Source: Pseudobacteriovorax sp. (GTDB lineage: Bacteria > Bdellovibrionota_B > Oligoflexia > Oligoflexales > Oligoflexaceae). Taken from it: 61,467 bases of DNA. The stretch covers positions 1-61,467 of the forward strand of contig JBNKNM010000016.1 in assembly GCA_050293845.1 (NCBI GenBank), given 5' to 3'. The notes beneath the pieces were generated by a model. The model was not told where the DNA came from. It ran no database searches and was given only the letters and a program-made list of their open reading frames with translations. This document shows positions 47,675 to 57,850 of this stretch, in pieces (the first letter of the stretch is position 1; each line of letters starts with the position of its first letter). The translations under genes and the position numbers were made by a program.

Positions 47675-47688
47675 TAAAGGGAAGCGAA

Positions 47689-48024
47689 GTGAAAGTATTA
47701 TTTATTTGTAGTCAGAACAAGCTCAGGAGTCCAACTGCCGAAGCTATATTTCGAGACGCCTGGGAAAGCGTGAAGGTTGCTTCCGCTGGTCTTGATAAAG
47801 ATACCCCTGTTACAGTCACCCCTGAGCTAGTTCTTTGGGCGGAAGTAATATTTGTAATGGAAAAGACACACCTAAACAGGTTGAGAAGACGTTTTAAAAA
47901 GCACTTAAATAAGCAACGCATCATTTGTTTGGGGATACCTGATGATTATGAATTCATGGATAAGCAGTTGATTGAAATATTTTGGAACAGAGTTCCGAAA
48001 CATCTGGGATTATATGCTGATTGA
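47689..48024 (+). CDS. Low-molecular-weight protein-tyrosine-phosphatase-like protein
   Basis: FICSQNKLRSPTAE P-loop, SAG, WA..I.VME, IPD.Y.FMD. Confidence 0.9.
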   Translation: MKVLFICSQNKLRSPTAEAIFRDAWESVKVASAGLDKDTPVTVTPELVLWAEVIFVMEKTHLNRLRRRFKKHLNKQRIICLGIPDDYEFMDKQLIEIFWNRVPKHLGLYAD

Positions 48025-48083
48025 TAGTTCTTTCGTTTCTATTTTAGCTTGTATGTTTGTAGTCATCAGATTTTATTGATGTT

Positions 48084-48527
48084 TCAAGGCAAAAACATTT
48101 TATAAAGTGTAACACTCACAAGACACCCCCAGACCCACATTATTCCAAAATGAATTTTCCATAATTTAATTTTTTTATATTTTAATAACACCTTTGATAA
48201 CCACGGTAATGCCAAAAATCCAATCGGCCAACAAATTGCTACAGCTATCGCCAGTGGCCAACTTTCTTCACCAAGATCAGCCCACGTTAATAGATTAGGA
48301 TTTTCAGAAAATAATATGCCAATTGGTGAAGAGATATAAATAATCAATGCACCAGTACTACCAAGAGACACAAGTCCTAGAGCTTCAAAGAAGCATAACG
48401 GAAAAAGTGAATAAGGAAAAGATTTAGGGAAAAATAAATCTGAGATTGGTAGCCCTGCTTTTCGGGCCACGAGGAAAAAAGATATTATTCCGATAGTAAC
48501 TACTGGTAAAATAGCTAGAGCCAGCAT
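48084..48527 (-). CDS. Four-TM membrane protein
   Basis: Hydrophobicity pattern. Confidence 0.6.
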   Translation of the reverse strand: MLALAILPVVTIGIISFFLVARKAGLPISDLFFPKSFPYSLFPLCFFEALGLVSLGSTGALIIYISSPIGILFSENPNLLTWADLGEESWPLAIAVAICWPIGFLALPWLSKVLLKYKKIKLWKIHFGIMWVWGCLVSVTLYKMFLP

Positions 48528-48678
48528 TTATAAACAGTCCTTCTAGTCTTTAATTGAAAATGATGCAGCGCTTATTTGTATCGCGATAAATTTTCCCCTT
48601 ATCAACTTCACAACGAATTAATAAACACCAAATGAACTTCTTTCTTCTGAATATCCAGGTAAGATACTTGTCCTAATC

Positions 48679-49389
48679 TTAGCGTAGGATTGTTGGAGCA
48701 AATATATAACGAAAATCATCGATGGGTATTATCTTTTCAATCACTCGCATTTCCTTGTTGCCTACTCTTCCAAATTCAAAGTCGAACAATAGATCAGCTC
48801 TAATAATAGCTGTTGACTCATCTGCCATTTGAAATTCAATAGATTTAAGATCAACAGGGTTATGAGCATGAAAAAGATATATACTCTCGCCAAAGTCTTC
48901 ATTGAAATATTTTTTTTGGTTTAGGATTATTTTTTGATGTAAGTCCAAAGGCCCAAATTGCAGATCCCCTAGATCGATGACTGAATTATCGTATAAATAA
49001 GGTTTTATATCTACAATTAAATAATAATTTGAATTTTCATCTAATATTAAATAGATATCATCAATAGGTATATCTTTGACTGAATCATACGAAGTTAAAT
49101 CAACCGCTACTTTTGACCTCTCTAATTCTTTTTTTCTGTTTTCTTCTTCAATCATTTGGTAATGAGTATCACCTTTAACAAACCTTTCAAAGACATTTTG
49201 AATAAATGGTGTTTCCGGTTGAGCGCCAACTTTCCAAAGGAAGAATAATAATTCATAATCTTTAATCCAAGAGGCCTGCTTAACCTCATGTTTAATATCG
49301 AATTCAAATTCCAAGCCCTTCTTGAACTCAGGGTACAGGGCATCAAATTCTCGTTTGCTATATTTAGCCCAAAATTCTTCACTATTCAT
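48679..49389 (-). CDS. Hypothetical acidic protein (immunity-protein-like)
   Basis: ORF track; 'SIY....HNPVD...I.F...L.FDFE'. Confidence 0.6.
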   Translation of the reverse strand: MNSEEFWAKYSKREFDALYPEFKKGLEFEFDIKHEVKQASWIKDYELLFFLWKVGAQPETPFIQNVFERFVKGDTHYQMIEEENRKKELERSKVAVDLTSYDSVKDIPIDDIYLILDENSNYYLIVDIKPYLYDNSVIDLGDLQFGPLDLHQKIILNQKKYFNEDFGESIYLFHAHNPVDLKSIEFQMADESTAIIRADLLFDFEFGRVGNKEMRVIEKIIPIDDFRYIFAPTILR

Positions 49390-49463
49390 CTTTCCATTAT
49401 TTCCTTAAGCCAATGTAACCTTACTCTTGATACTTTCGCCAGTTGGATTTTCTATTCCTAACA

Positions 49464-50057
49464 TCACAAAGAATTCATAAAAGCCAAATGAACTTCCTTC
49501 TCTTGAATCCCAAGATAAGAAAGAGTCTGCTTTTGCGAGGTATGGTTAAAAGCAGTCATTAAAATTGGCAGCTCAGTTTTAAATGTCACCCTCTGATGAT
49601 AGCCAAAGGTTTTGCGAAGAGTGTGGCTTCCATAATTTCCCTTAAGCTTTACCTCATGGCACCAAGACTTTACCAAACGATGGAGCGAAGGAACGGTAAG
49701 CCCTCCCCCACCCTTCCTCGATAAAAATAATGGGCGGTTTGCTCTGGTTCGCGGCCTCACTTCAAGGTAGTCGTTCAGTGCACGGAATACGGATTCATTT
49801 ATAGTCACATGCCTATTTTTTCCGGTCTTCTTTTCTTTAACAATGAAACTTTCGCCAACCATTAAATTTTGTATTGATGAAAGTGGAATGGCTACAAGGT
49901 CTGAGGCTCTTAGAGCTGAGTTTATTCCAAGGGTGAAAATCGCAAGGTCTCTTGGATTATTGGCTAATAGCTTTTTTATTTTGGCGATATCTTTTAAAGA
50001 GCGGATCGGGTCTACTCTTATTGTGCTTCCTGGTTTTGGGTGGTTGGTGTTTTTCAA
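49464..50057 (-). CDS. Small tyrosine recombinase (resolvase type, catalytic domain only)
   Basis: LRASD (R), KEKKTGK (K), HTLRKTF (H-x-x-R), NH, Y; 197 aa with no arm-binding domain. Confidence 0.93.
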   Translation of the reverse strand: MKNTNHPKPGSTIRVDPIRSLKDIAKIKKLLANNPRDLAIFTLGINSALRASDLVAIPLSSIQNLMVGESFIVKEKKTGKNRHVTINESVFRALNDYLEVRPRTRANRPLFLSRKGGGGLTVPSLHRLVKSWCHEVKLKGNYGSHTLRKTFGYHQRVTFKTELPILMTAFNHTSQKQTLSYLGIQEKEVHLAFMNSL

Positions 50058-50491
50058 GCGACAATATCTTCACTTGGAAGCTCAATAGTTTTTCCCGATT
50101 CCTTGCGTTCCTTAAATATCTCGAAAATCTCTGCTATTTCATTTTTCACTCTGTATCCACCAAGCTTAAGTGAAATAACTCTTAGAGTGAATTCTTGAGC
50201 CGGGTTCATACCTGTAACTCTATCTGGATTCTTTTCCCAACGAGAAATGGGGCTGTGGTCAGCAAGTCCAATAGATTTTGCAAAGTCTGTTTGATTCATT
50301 TCAAGAAAAGTTCTCACAAACTTAATCTCTCCCCCGGTGAGTCTACCTTCTTTTCTCAATACAAGAGGAAACAACTCCTTCGCAACCGATGAAAGATTCA
50401 GATTGAGAACTTTTTGACCAAGTTTAGTTTTCCATTTGGGATTTAGAATCACAACAGGAAAGCCAAAAGCTTTAGTTTCATATCTCTCCAC
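50054..50491 (-). CDS. HTH antitoxin (XRE/MqsA-like)
   Basis: 'LTG.EIKFVR..L.M.Q..FA..IG.......SRWEK'; downstream of a toxin gene. Confidence 0.8.
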   Translation of the reverse strand: MERYETKAFGFPVVILNPKWKTKLGQKVLNLNLSSVAKELFPLVLRKEGRLTGGEIKFVRTFLEMNQTDFAKSIGLADHSPISRWEKNPDRVTGMNPAQEFTLRVISLKLGGYRVKNEIAEIFEIFKERKESGKTIELPSEDIVA

Positions 50492-50503
50492 GCTCCCCTC
50501 CTT

Positions 50504-50827
50504 TTATTCATCAATATCGATGGCTGTGATGATCAAGACACCGTCATCGATTGCAATTGGAACTCTTAGTCTTCTTTTTTCTAATCTGTTTACAGATAAA
50601 TCAGCGCGGATAGAATAAATCCATGCCTGGAATTCAGCTTTATATTCATCTTTTTTTCGCTCATTAAATCCAGTTTTTAGTACCATCTCTACTTCATTAA
50701 CGGTGATAGACCTTTCGCTCATTCTATCCAAAGCATGTTCTGTGTATTCAACCCGTTGGTCTTTTACAGACTTTCTAACAAATTCAATTACCTCATCTTT
50801 GGACATCTTGTTTGGCTTGACACTCAA
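50504..50827 (-). CDS. DUF4258/RelE-superfamily toxin
   Basis: 'YTEHA..RM.ER.I...EV..VL..G', 'W.Y.I', 'LIIT.I'. Confidence 0.82.
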   Translation of the reverse strand: MSVKPNKMSKDEVIEFVRKSVKDQRVEYTEHALDRMSERSITVNEVEMVLKTGFNERKKDEYKAEFQAWIYSIRADLSVNRLEKRRLRVPIAIDDGVLIITAIDIDE

Positions 50828-50848
50828 TATAGCTCCCCTTGTATACCA

Positions 50849-50869
50849 TATTGTGTTTCAAACACAATA
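50849..50869. promoter_or_regulatory. Perfect palindromic operator upstream of the TA operon
   Basis: TATTGTGTTT-C-AAACACAATA. Confidence 0.7.
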
Positions 50870-51211
50870 ATATTATCGGATCATTCTGTAAATACTTAAT
50901 TATATTTTCATAACTCTACAGATTTTTCTTTTTTTCGCAAAATAACGAATGCCAACTAATGCCCAAAAGTTAGCATTCAACTCCCAAAATCCCATATAAT
51001 ATAATTAATACAGATAGTTACATAGTTTTTAAAAATTCTCCAGATGTATGGTAGCCGCGAGCAAAAAAAACCAAAAAAAACGGCTAAAACTGCGTTTTAT
51101 GCTGCCTTTATTTTGTACAGCTTCTCATAGGCTAATATCACCTATTTACAAAAATAATCTATAACTTTATGATAAACATAACTAAAGTTATGTTTTACAC
51201 CCGGGGGTAAG

Positions 51212-51850
51212 ATGATGACCGGAAGAGAATTGATAAGGATCGCAGCCGAGATCCGTCACTCACAAAAAAGCCAGTTCGAGCTAGCAAATCAGTACTCTCT
51301 CCCCCAGCAGTGGATCTCTAGGCTTAAATTTCTCGCCCATGCCGACATCGAGACCCGCCATATACTCGCAAAAAAGTCGAAGTCGTTCATAAAGCGCATC
51401 ATTGATAGCGTCAGGAAGAAAACTATTGGCCGTACCCTTGCAACTAAGCTCAAAAAGCTTAGCAAGGTGGTAAGGTCCATAGGTATATATAATATGTCTA
51501 CGAAAAATGCGGCCAATGTTGAGCGAGCTCGCGAGGCTCTTGCTAATGAAAAACAAGAGAATAGGCAGCTTAGAGAAAAGTCTAAAGAGCTTGCGCAGCA
51601 GCATTCTACGCTCCAAGAGAAATATTCAAAGCTACGCAAAGCTGCGATCTACTACAAAACTAATTTTGAAAATGCCATGCGCGGTGTTCGTAAGCAATCC
51701 ACAGAGCCCGACCCTAACCTCTTTCATGTTATTGATGCACTGCGGAGTAAGTTTGGAGTACGAGTATCAATTACTGATACCCGAGTGGAGTTTGACTGTA
51801 TGAGTCAATCTCTTCGCAATGACCTTGTCGAAAGACTCCAGACAGTTTAA
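51212..51850 (+). CDS. ParB-like HTH, coiled coil and ParB-type dimerisation domain, lacking the CTPase domain
   Basis: 'SQFELANQYSLPQQWISRL..L' and C-terminal 'LRSKFGVRVSI....VEF...S......LVERL'. Confidence 0.6.
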   Translation: MMTGRELIRIAAEIRHSQKSQFELANQYSLPQQWISRLKFLAHADIETRHILAKKSKSFIKRIIDSVRKKTIGRTLATKLKKLSKVVRSIGIYNMSTKNAANVERAREALANEKQENRQLREKSKELAQQHSTLQEKYSKLRKAAIYYKTNFENAMRGVRKQSTEPDPNLFHVIDALRSKFGVRVSITDTRVEFDCMSQSLRNDLVERLQTV

Positions 51851-52084
51851 CCAACACGGCCCAACCGCAGCAAATTTTTAATTCTTGCAGATTCCTTTGG
51901 CAGCAACTTCTTCCTTTCAGCAATCCCGCTATAGAGAAATGTACTTTCCCTCACCCCCCTGCTCTGTTCGACACAGCATAGCACTAATGATTCTTAATGT
52001 ATAAAATATTATGTAATAGTATTTTACAAATACTATATTATATCATATTATACATCAATAATCTAAGGTAAAAGGACGCACTAA

Positions 52085-52639
52085 ATGAAACCTGCTGATA
52101 AAACAAATATTTTTGCTATATGTGACGAACTCAACTCCAAGGGTGAGAAACCCACTTTAGCCAGAGTTCGAGAAGCCCTTGGCGGCGGATCGTTTACCTC
52201 CATTCAGCCATTGTTACGTGAGTGGAAAGACCAAAGGCAAGCAACCGCCATCACACATACTGCTGACACGCCACCAGAGCTAATCGAGTTAGCAAAATCA
52301 ATGGCCGTGCAAATATGGGTGAAAGCTAAAGCTGAAGCCGACATAGAGCTTCAAGCAGTCAAAAAGGAACTCGGTGAAAAGCTCACTGCTGCTGAAGAAG
52401 AAAGAGATGATGCCGTGGTGGAGATAGAAAAATTAGAAACAAGGTTGGATTATGAACTCAAGCACAAAAAAGAATTGGTTGATAATATCCGTGCCAAAGA
52501 AGATAAGTTAAGAACCCTCGAATTCAATAAAAACGCATTACAAGATAAATACGAGGATCTTCTTCTCGTTCAGACGAAATATGAAAAAGTGCTTCAAGAG
52601 GTTGGCGAGCTTCGGGGGATACTTTCGCAGAAAGAGTGA
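52085..52639 (+). CDS. KfrA-like plasmid DNA-binding coiled-coil protein
   Basis: 'D.L...GEKPTL..VR..LGGGSF..I...L.EWK' followed by a long coiled coil. Confidence 0.9.
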   Translation: MKPADKTNIFAICDELNSKGEKPTLARVREALGGGSFTSIQPLLREWKDQRQATAITHTADTPPELIELAKSMAVQIWVKAKAEADIELQAVKKELGEKLTAAEEERDDAVVEIEKLETRLDYELKHKKELVDNIRAKEDKLRTLEFNKNALQDKYEDLLLVQTKYEKVLQEVGELRGILSQKE

Positions 52640-52952
52640 TCTAGCCCCTCTAGGTGAGAGAGTTGGGATTAGTGTTTGCAGGCAATAAATAGCTAGGAAA
52701 AAATTTTCTTTAATCCTGAATTCCATTCTTCCTGATTTCTCTCATCAATCTGGATAATCCTGATTTCTAAAATAACGATTCTTTTTTCAGAGTCGCTCTC
52801 TTCTTTTGACAATTCTTATATTATTCCCGTTTTAAGGTGAATTTGCCTGCGAAAGACTTTACAGTTTTATCAAGTATAACGTCTAAGTGATCTCCAAAAA
52901 TATCCTGAAGATTTGATGATTTATACATCTCATCTCTTACAATGTCGTTTTT

Positions 52953-52979
52953 TAATGTGTTGGGTAACCCAACACATTA
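52953..52979. promoter_or_regulatory. parS-like palindrome upstream of parA
   Basis: TAATGTGTTGGGT-A-ACCCAACACATTA; core repeated at 54682. Confidence 0.75.
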
Positions 52980-53047
52980 CTAGCTTGCATATATAGCAAA
53001 TAGTATTTAAAATATACTTATTATCTAATTAACTTAGAGAAGCTACT

Positions 53048-53962
53048 ATGACAATTAAGAAAAAGCCACAGGGAGTAATTGTAGCAATTGCAAACCAAAA
53101 AGGCGGTGTTGGTAAATCAGTATCCACAACAAACCTAGGTTGTGCCTTTGCAGAACTCGGTAAAAAGGTTTTAATCGTTGATGCCGATTACCAAGGTAAC
53201 GCCAGCTCACAAATTGGAATAAAAGGCCCTGCAGAAGATCTCGATAAAACCATAACCCAAGGTCTTATTGATGAGCAGCCTGCACAAACTATTTGGCTAA
53301 AAACAAAATTTGACAACGTTTATGCTATCGCAGCTAATCAGGACTTTAGTGAATTTAATATGTCCTACATGCAACCTGGGGCACATGGACTATTAAGAGA
53401 TTGGCTTGAACCTGCTCGATATGAATTTGATATAATTATTATCGATACACACCCATCTCTAGATTTAACTTTTCAGAATGTCATGGTTGCCTCTGACTAC
53501 TATTTACTCCCCCTTTTTTCAGAGCCAGAGTCTTTAGAGGGGCTTCATGTTATGTTCAAACATGTAAGAAAGATTAAAGAAAAGCTCAATCCTACTTTAT
53601 TTATTCTTGGATGTTTCATAACGAGATACGACAAATCAATAAAAACTCATACACGATTTCAGCAAACCATTAAGGAATTCGGAAAAGATATTGGGATGCC
53701 GTTGCTAGGAACAATTCCATTTTCAAAAGCAATCCCAGGATCAAGTGAAACAAAAATCCCAATTGTCGCTACAGGGCAAAAATATCCAATAGTAGATGCT
53801 TATATTAAGCTAGCAAAAAAACTACTTCCAGAATTGAGAGCATCAAGAAGAGGAAGATCTCCTAAGACCCCAGATGTAGATAAAAAAACAATCAAAGAAA
53901 TTTCCAAAAAGGTTGATGCCACAATCACGCCACTTGTTGTGAATAAAGGAGCACAAATATGA
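53048..53962 (+). CDS. parA: ParA/Soj partition ATPase
   Basis: NQKGGVGKS deviant Walker A, D.D.QGNAS, IIIDT.PS. Confidence 0.95.
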   Translation: MTIKKKPQGVIVAIANQKGGVGKSVSTTNLGCAFAELGKKVLIVDADYQGNASSQIGIKGPAEDLDKTITQGLIDEQPAQTIWLKTKFDNVYAIAANQDFSEFNMSYMQPGAHGLLRDWLEPARYEFDIIIIDTHPSLDLTFQNVMVASDYYLLPLFSEPESLEGLHVMFKHVRKIKEKLNPTLFILGCFITRYDKSIKTHTRFQQTIKEFGKDIGMPLLGTIPFSKAIPGSSETKIPIVATGQKYPIVDAYIKLAKKLLPELRASRRGRSPKTPDVDKKTIKEISKKVDATITPLVVNKGAQI

Positions 53963-54837
53963 AAAAAATTTCTCAGAAGGAGAGGAAAAAACAAATTGAA
54001 CAAACACACAATGAGCATTTGGAAAAATTAAAAGACGCTGCGAATGAGTACAATAAATCATCTGAAAAAATTGCAAGATATCAAGAAGTAAAATTATTTT
54101 TTGAAAGTTTAGATGAGACTACACCACATCCTGGAGTTTCGATTAATGAAATTGATCTTTCTAATAACGATAGATCCATCGACACTAGCTCTGAAGAATT
54201 CAAAGCTCTTAAAGAATCAATCGTTGAAAATGGATTACTACAACGTCCAGTACTTACGCTGGGATTAACTTCAGAAAAACCATTTCTCTGTGTTGCTGGT
54301 CATAGGAGAATTTTCGCTTTCATAGAACTTGGTCGAAAGTCAATCCCTGCCGACCTAATGTTCACAAACAATGAAATGGAAATAAGAAAGGCCAGATTAT
54401 CAGAAAACCTCGTTCGTCAAAACTTAGAGCCCTTAGAGCTTGCTGAGGCAGTCGATCGTTTAAAGCTTGACTTAAACCAATCTACTGCAGGAATTGCAAG
54501 GATCTTAAATAAAGACAGGCAGTATATAACAGAGTTATTAAAGATTGCTAAGTGGCCTGATGATATAAAAGAGCTTGTAAAAAAAGAAAAAATTAAGATT
54601 GGTGCTCTAGGTCGTATTGCTAAACGAAAACTTACTACCGAAGAAGTACGCAATGAAGTGAAAAAGCTTGCGCAAGGTGAAGTGTTGGGTAACCCAACAC
54701 CTAAGCGCTCAGGTGCTACTAGCCAAAAAAATGTCCAAAAGAGAAATCGGTACTTTAAAGAGAAAAAGCTGTCCGATGAAGGAATCGAAATAATTATGAA
54801 TTTTTTGAAAGAAAATAATATTAAAAGTTGGTTGTAA
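53959..54837 (+). CDS. parB: ParB partition protein
   Basis: 'LKESI..NGLLQ.P', 'AGHRR..A', 'ENL.R.NL.P.E.A', HTH. Confidence 0.93.
   Translation: MKKISQKERKKQIEQTHNEHLEKLKDAANEYNKSSEKIARYQEVKLFFESLDETTPHPGVSINEIDLSNNDRSIDTSSEEFKALKESIVENGLLQRPVLTLGLTSEKPFLCVAGHRRIFAFIELGRKSIPADLMFTNNEMEIRKARLSENLVRQNLEPLELAEAVDRLKLDLNQSTAGIARILNKDRQYITELLKIAKWPDDIKELVKKEKIKIGALGRIAKRKLTTEEVRNEVKKLAQGEVLGNPTPKRSGATSQKNVQKRNRYFKEKKLSDEGIEIIMNFLKENNIKSWL
54682..54700. promoter_or_regulatory. Second parS-like palindrome inside parB
   Basis: GTGTTGGGT-A-ACCCAACAC. Confidence 0.7.
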
Positions 54838-54914
54838 GTTCTCTGGCTGACCCGACCTGCAAGTAAGATCAACCAGAGTATTTTTTAACCCCTCAAGGAA
54901 GAGGAATTAACAAT

Positions 54915-55931
54915 ATGAGTGTACCTAAATCAAGCAACACTTATCCAGATAATTTTGAAAAGATATATAAATCTGCAGACGAAAATACAAGGGGAGCCTT
55001 TCGAGCAAGGAAGTCTTGGTTAATACGAAATAAAAATTATTCTGAACAAGAAGCTATTTCTAAGGCTTTCGAAGTATTCAATAGAGCGACCACATCTCAA
55101 GTCAAACCTATAAAAAGTGAATGTGAACCTTCTTATCAAGAAATCGCAAATGTGGTTGAGCAACTTCAAAACTCTGCAACAGTTTTACCATTTAGAGAGA
55201 GCAATGAAGATTCTTGCACTGTAGATCAAATTATTTCGAAACCAGAAGGAATCCAAGACTATTTTCGAAAGCACAAATACGATCTTTTGAAACTCACTCT
55301 TTACGCATTGATAGTCCCAATAACTGTTCAAGTAATTCATACAGCACTTTCGAAGACGGGTATGCATATATATATGACTTGGACAATTTCGATTGTACTC
55401 GCTCTTGCTACTGACTACATCGCAATAGATCATATTTCGAAAGTGAGAAGTCTTCGAACAGGAGCAGAGCAAATAAATATAGCCATCGCACTGTTCATCC
55501 TTTTCGCAAATCTTACCGGTGCATATCTACTATTCGAAAAAGAAATCAAACTAGATCAGCTTTCGGTAATTTCCTCACAGCGCCTAGAACTCAAAAAAGA
55601 AGTAGACACCAAACTCCAAGACATGACCAAAGCAAAAACAACTTACTTACTCAATAAGTGGCCTGAGTCAAAAGTCGACCGTGAAACCTGTGAATCAAAT
55701 CGCGTTCCAGATTGCGGACCCATGTTCGCCAAACAATCAAGACCATTCGAGGCAAAATACTTAACTGCTAAACAGCTCTACGAACATAAAAAAACGGAGC
55801 TAGAAAAACTTCCGACGATAGTTCCACAAGCCCAAGCCAAAACAGAGTTCTGGTGGCACTTTGGGTATTACGTTTTTATATGGCTACTACTCGCAAGCGT
55901 AATCAGAATGGAAAAATTGTCTCAGGCATAG
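54915..55931 (+). CDS. Membrane protein with coiled-coil region
   Basis: Three central TM segments plus a C-terminal TM; GAGG RBS. Confidence 0.7.
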   Translation: MSVPKSSNTYPDNFEKIYKSADENTRGAFRARKSWLIRNKNYSEQEAISKAFEVFNRATTSQVKPIKSECEPSYQEIANVVEQLQNSATVLPFRESNEDSCTVDQIISKPEGIQDYFRKHKYDLLKLTLYALIVPITVQVIHTALSKTGMHIYMTWTISIVLALATDYIAIDHISKVRSLRTGAEQINIAIALFILFANLTGAYLLFEKEIKLDQLSVISSQRLELKKEVDTKLQDMTKAKTTYLLNKWPESKVDRETCESNRVPDCGPMFAKQSRPFEAKYLTAKQLYEHKKTELEKLPTIVPQAQAKTEFWWHFGYYVFIWLLLASVIRMEKLSQA

Positions 55932-55947
55932 TTGATCAACTTCTTAT

Positions 55948-57138
55948 TTGGATGCTGAAGTGGAAACTGAGAATCGTACAATTTTTACTAGCGTTGATAT
56001 TCAAAAAGCTTTCATGCTTTTAAGAACGCATACTTGTATACCCGAACTAGCGCTTTCAAGATTACTCCTTATATTTCTCCAAATGTCTACTAACTTTCGA
56101 AAGGCTGGGGGAGGTTATGACATTGGTCAAGTGTGGACACTCTCAAACAACCTACTTGCTGAGATCTTAGGGTTCTCCTTATCAAATGCTAGTGGGACAA
56201 AGAATACTTGGCACGGGTTTAACATGGTTACCCTTAACGGGGAAAACTTCGGGAAGATGTCATATGAAGAAGACGGAGTGATTCACAAACATGGCAGCCC
56301 GTATGCTCACAAAGTTGCTCTCACGGATGCACTGCTAAATTTTTTACGGAAAGTGAAAGCAGGAGAACAATTAACTGAGGGAGACTTCGATGTATTTCTT
56401 CCCCATGAAAACTACGCTCGTATGTGCTACCGGAAAAAGAAAAATAATGTCGCAAATGTTCGCCGCTGCGTAATGCGAAAACATGCTGAAGAGAATAATC
56501 TCCCAATTTCCGCCGAAGTAAATTATCTATCAATCGATGAGCGTAAAGAGCGGCTCTATAAGCGAACTGATACATATTACAATAAAATTAAAGAGGCGAG
56601 GGCGAAACAACCTACTCGTAAACAGAAACGCTTACTCAAGCACTGGAAATCTGATTTCATTGAGTACTGGCATGTCTATGGATTTGAAGAAGCGTTAAAG
56701 CGAATCAAAAAACGTCTCAAAGATGCTGGTTATGACCGCGAGGAATATATTTTATCTCTCGTTAATATTATTCAAAAGCGCGGCAAAGGTAACGATGTTC
56801 TCTTTGCCATAAACTATATCTATAACAAGTTATATGTTGATATTATCGATGCCATTACCGGAAATGAAGACGGTCCCATGGTTTCATTATCAAACTTTGT
56901 TTCCACTCTAAAACTCGGCAACATCCCACCGGCCACCATACAAAAGTCTTTTGAGTATTGGAGTACAGGAGTTGGGCTAACTAGGAACCAGATCCATGAA
57001 CTTGGTTCCACTATTTCTCATCTTCTAAATAGTGATTCGGTGCCGTCTAGTCCCACACCGCCTCCACAAGAACCTAGGATCGAGTATCCCGAATTTGACT
57101 CTTTTGACATGTACCCCGAGCCTCCCACAGCACAGTAG
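55948..57138 (+). CDS. Unknown protein, paralog A; candidate replication initiator
   Basis: Aligns to 59392..60675; followed by a 22-bp-period repeat array; start uncertain. Confidence 0.65.
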   Translation: MDAEVETENRTIFTSVDIQKAFMLLRTHTCIPELALSRLLLIFLQMSTNFRKAGGGYDIGQVWTLSNNLLAEILGFSLSNASGTKNTWHGFNMVTLNGENFGKMSYEEDGVIHKHGSPYAHKVALTDALLNFLRKVKAGEQLTEGDFDVFLPHENYARMCYRKKKNNVANVRRCVMRKHAEENNLPISAEVNYLSIDERKERLYKRTDTYYNKIKEARAKQPTRKQKRLLKHWKSDFIEYWHVYGFEEALKRIKKRLKDAGYDREEYILSLVNIIQKRGKGNDVLFAINYIYNKLYVDIIDAITGNEDGPMVSLSNFVSTLKLGNIPPATIQKSFEYWSTGVGLTRNQIHELGSTISHLLNSDSVPSSPTPPPQEPRIEYPEFDSFDMYPEPPTAQ

Positions 57139-57308
57139 GTCCAGCCCTCAACAATCATGGAATCAGTGCGTCTTTTCCATAGAAAATAAGTGTTTTCACC
57201 CATTCGCTAATGCTCAGCATTGCTAAATTCATGACAAAATACCTCAATATTGCCTCCTAGGGACATCTCTTGGATCTATTATTCCCTAAGCTCGTCATAT
57301 CCTATCAG

Positions 57309-57432
57309 TTAATTGATACATATGTAAAAGTTAATAGATAGAATCAATTCAAATATGTGATAGCAAGCTTGAACTTAACTGCTATCCATCACTCAATTAA
57401 TTGCTAAGTATTGCTTACTTAATTGCTAAGTA
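57309..57432 (+). repeat. Second iteron-like array, TTAA(T/C)(T/A)G(C/A)TA at exact 22-bp period
   Basis: Units at 57309, 57331, 57353 (degenerate), 57375, 57397, 57419; AT-rich (T)CTAAAT repeats follow. Confidence 0.7.
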
Positions 57433-57550
57433 GATCTTCCAAAAGACAGTCTATGAGAGGAAAATACTTGATCTCTAAATAGAAATAACATTAAATGATC
57501 TAAATGTTTTCTAAATATATTAAAATCATATCACTATACTAGGGGAAAAA

Positions 57551-57844
57551 ATGAAACAAGGTGAACTTATCGAAGCTATCGCTGCTGCAACTGAATTGAC
57601 CAAAGCAGATGTTAAACGTGTTTTCGATTCTTATAAAGAAATTGGCTACGAACATCTCAAAAAGAATAAGCTTGAATCTGACTTTGTTCTACCGGGATTT
57701 GGGAAGTTTAAGGTATCGCAACGAGCTAAACGCGATGGTATCAATCCCCAAACGGGTGAAAAAGTGAAAATTCCTGCGCGGAAAGTACCTGTTTTTAGGT
57801 GTGGGCAGGAACTTAAGAACCATATTCAGCCTAAGAAAAAGTAG
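57551..57844 (+). CDS. hup: HU-family DNA-binding protein
   Basis: 'ELI.AIA....LTK', 'GFGKF.V..R..R.G.NP.TGE...IPA.KVP.F'. Confidence 0.95.
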   Translation: MKQGELIEAIAAATELTKADVKRVFDSYKEIGYEHLKKNKLESDFVLPGFGKFKVSQRAKRDGINPQTGEKVKIPARKVPVFRCGQELKNHIQPKKK

Positions 57845-57850
57845 GCTGTC

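Noticed and set aside
49464..50057. Prophage integrase
   Set aside because: Too short, lacks an N-terminal arm-binding domain, and no att duplication is visible; resolvase-like
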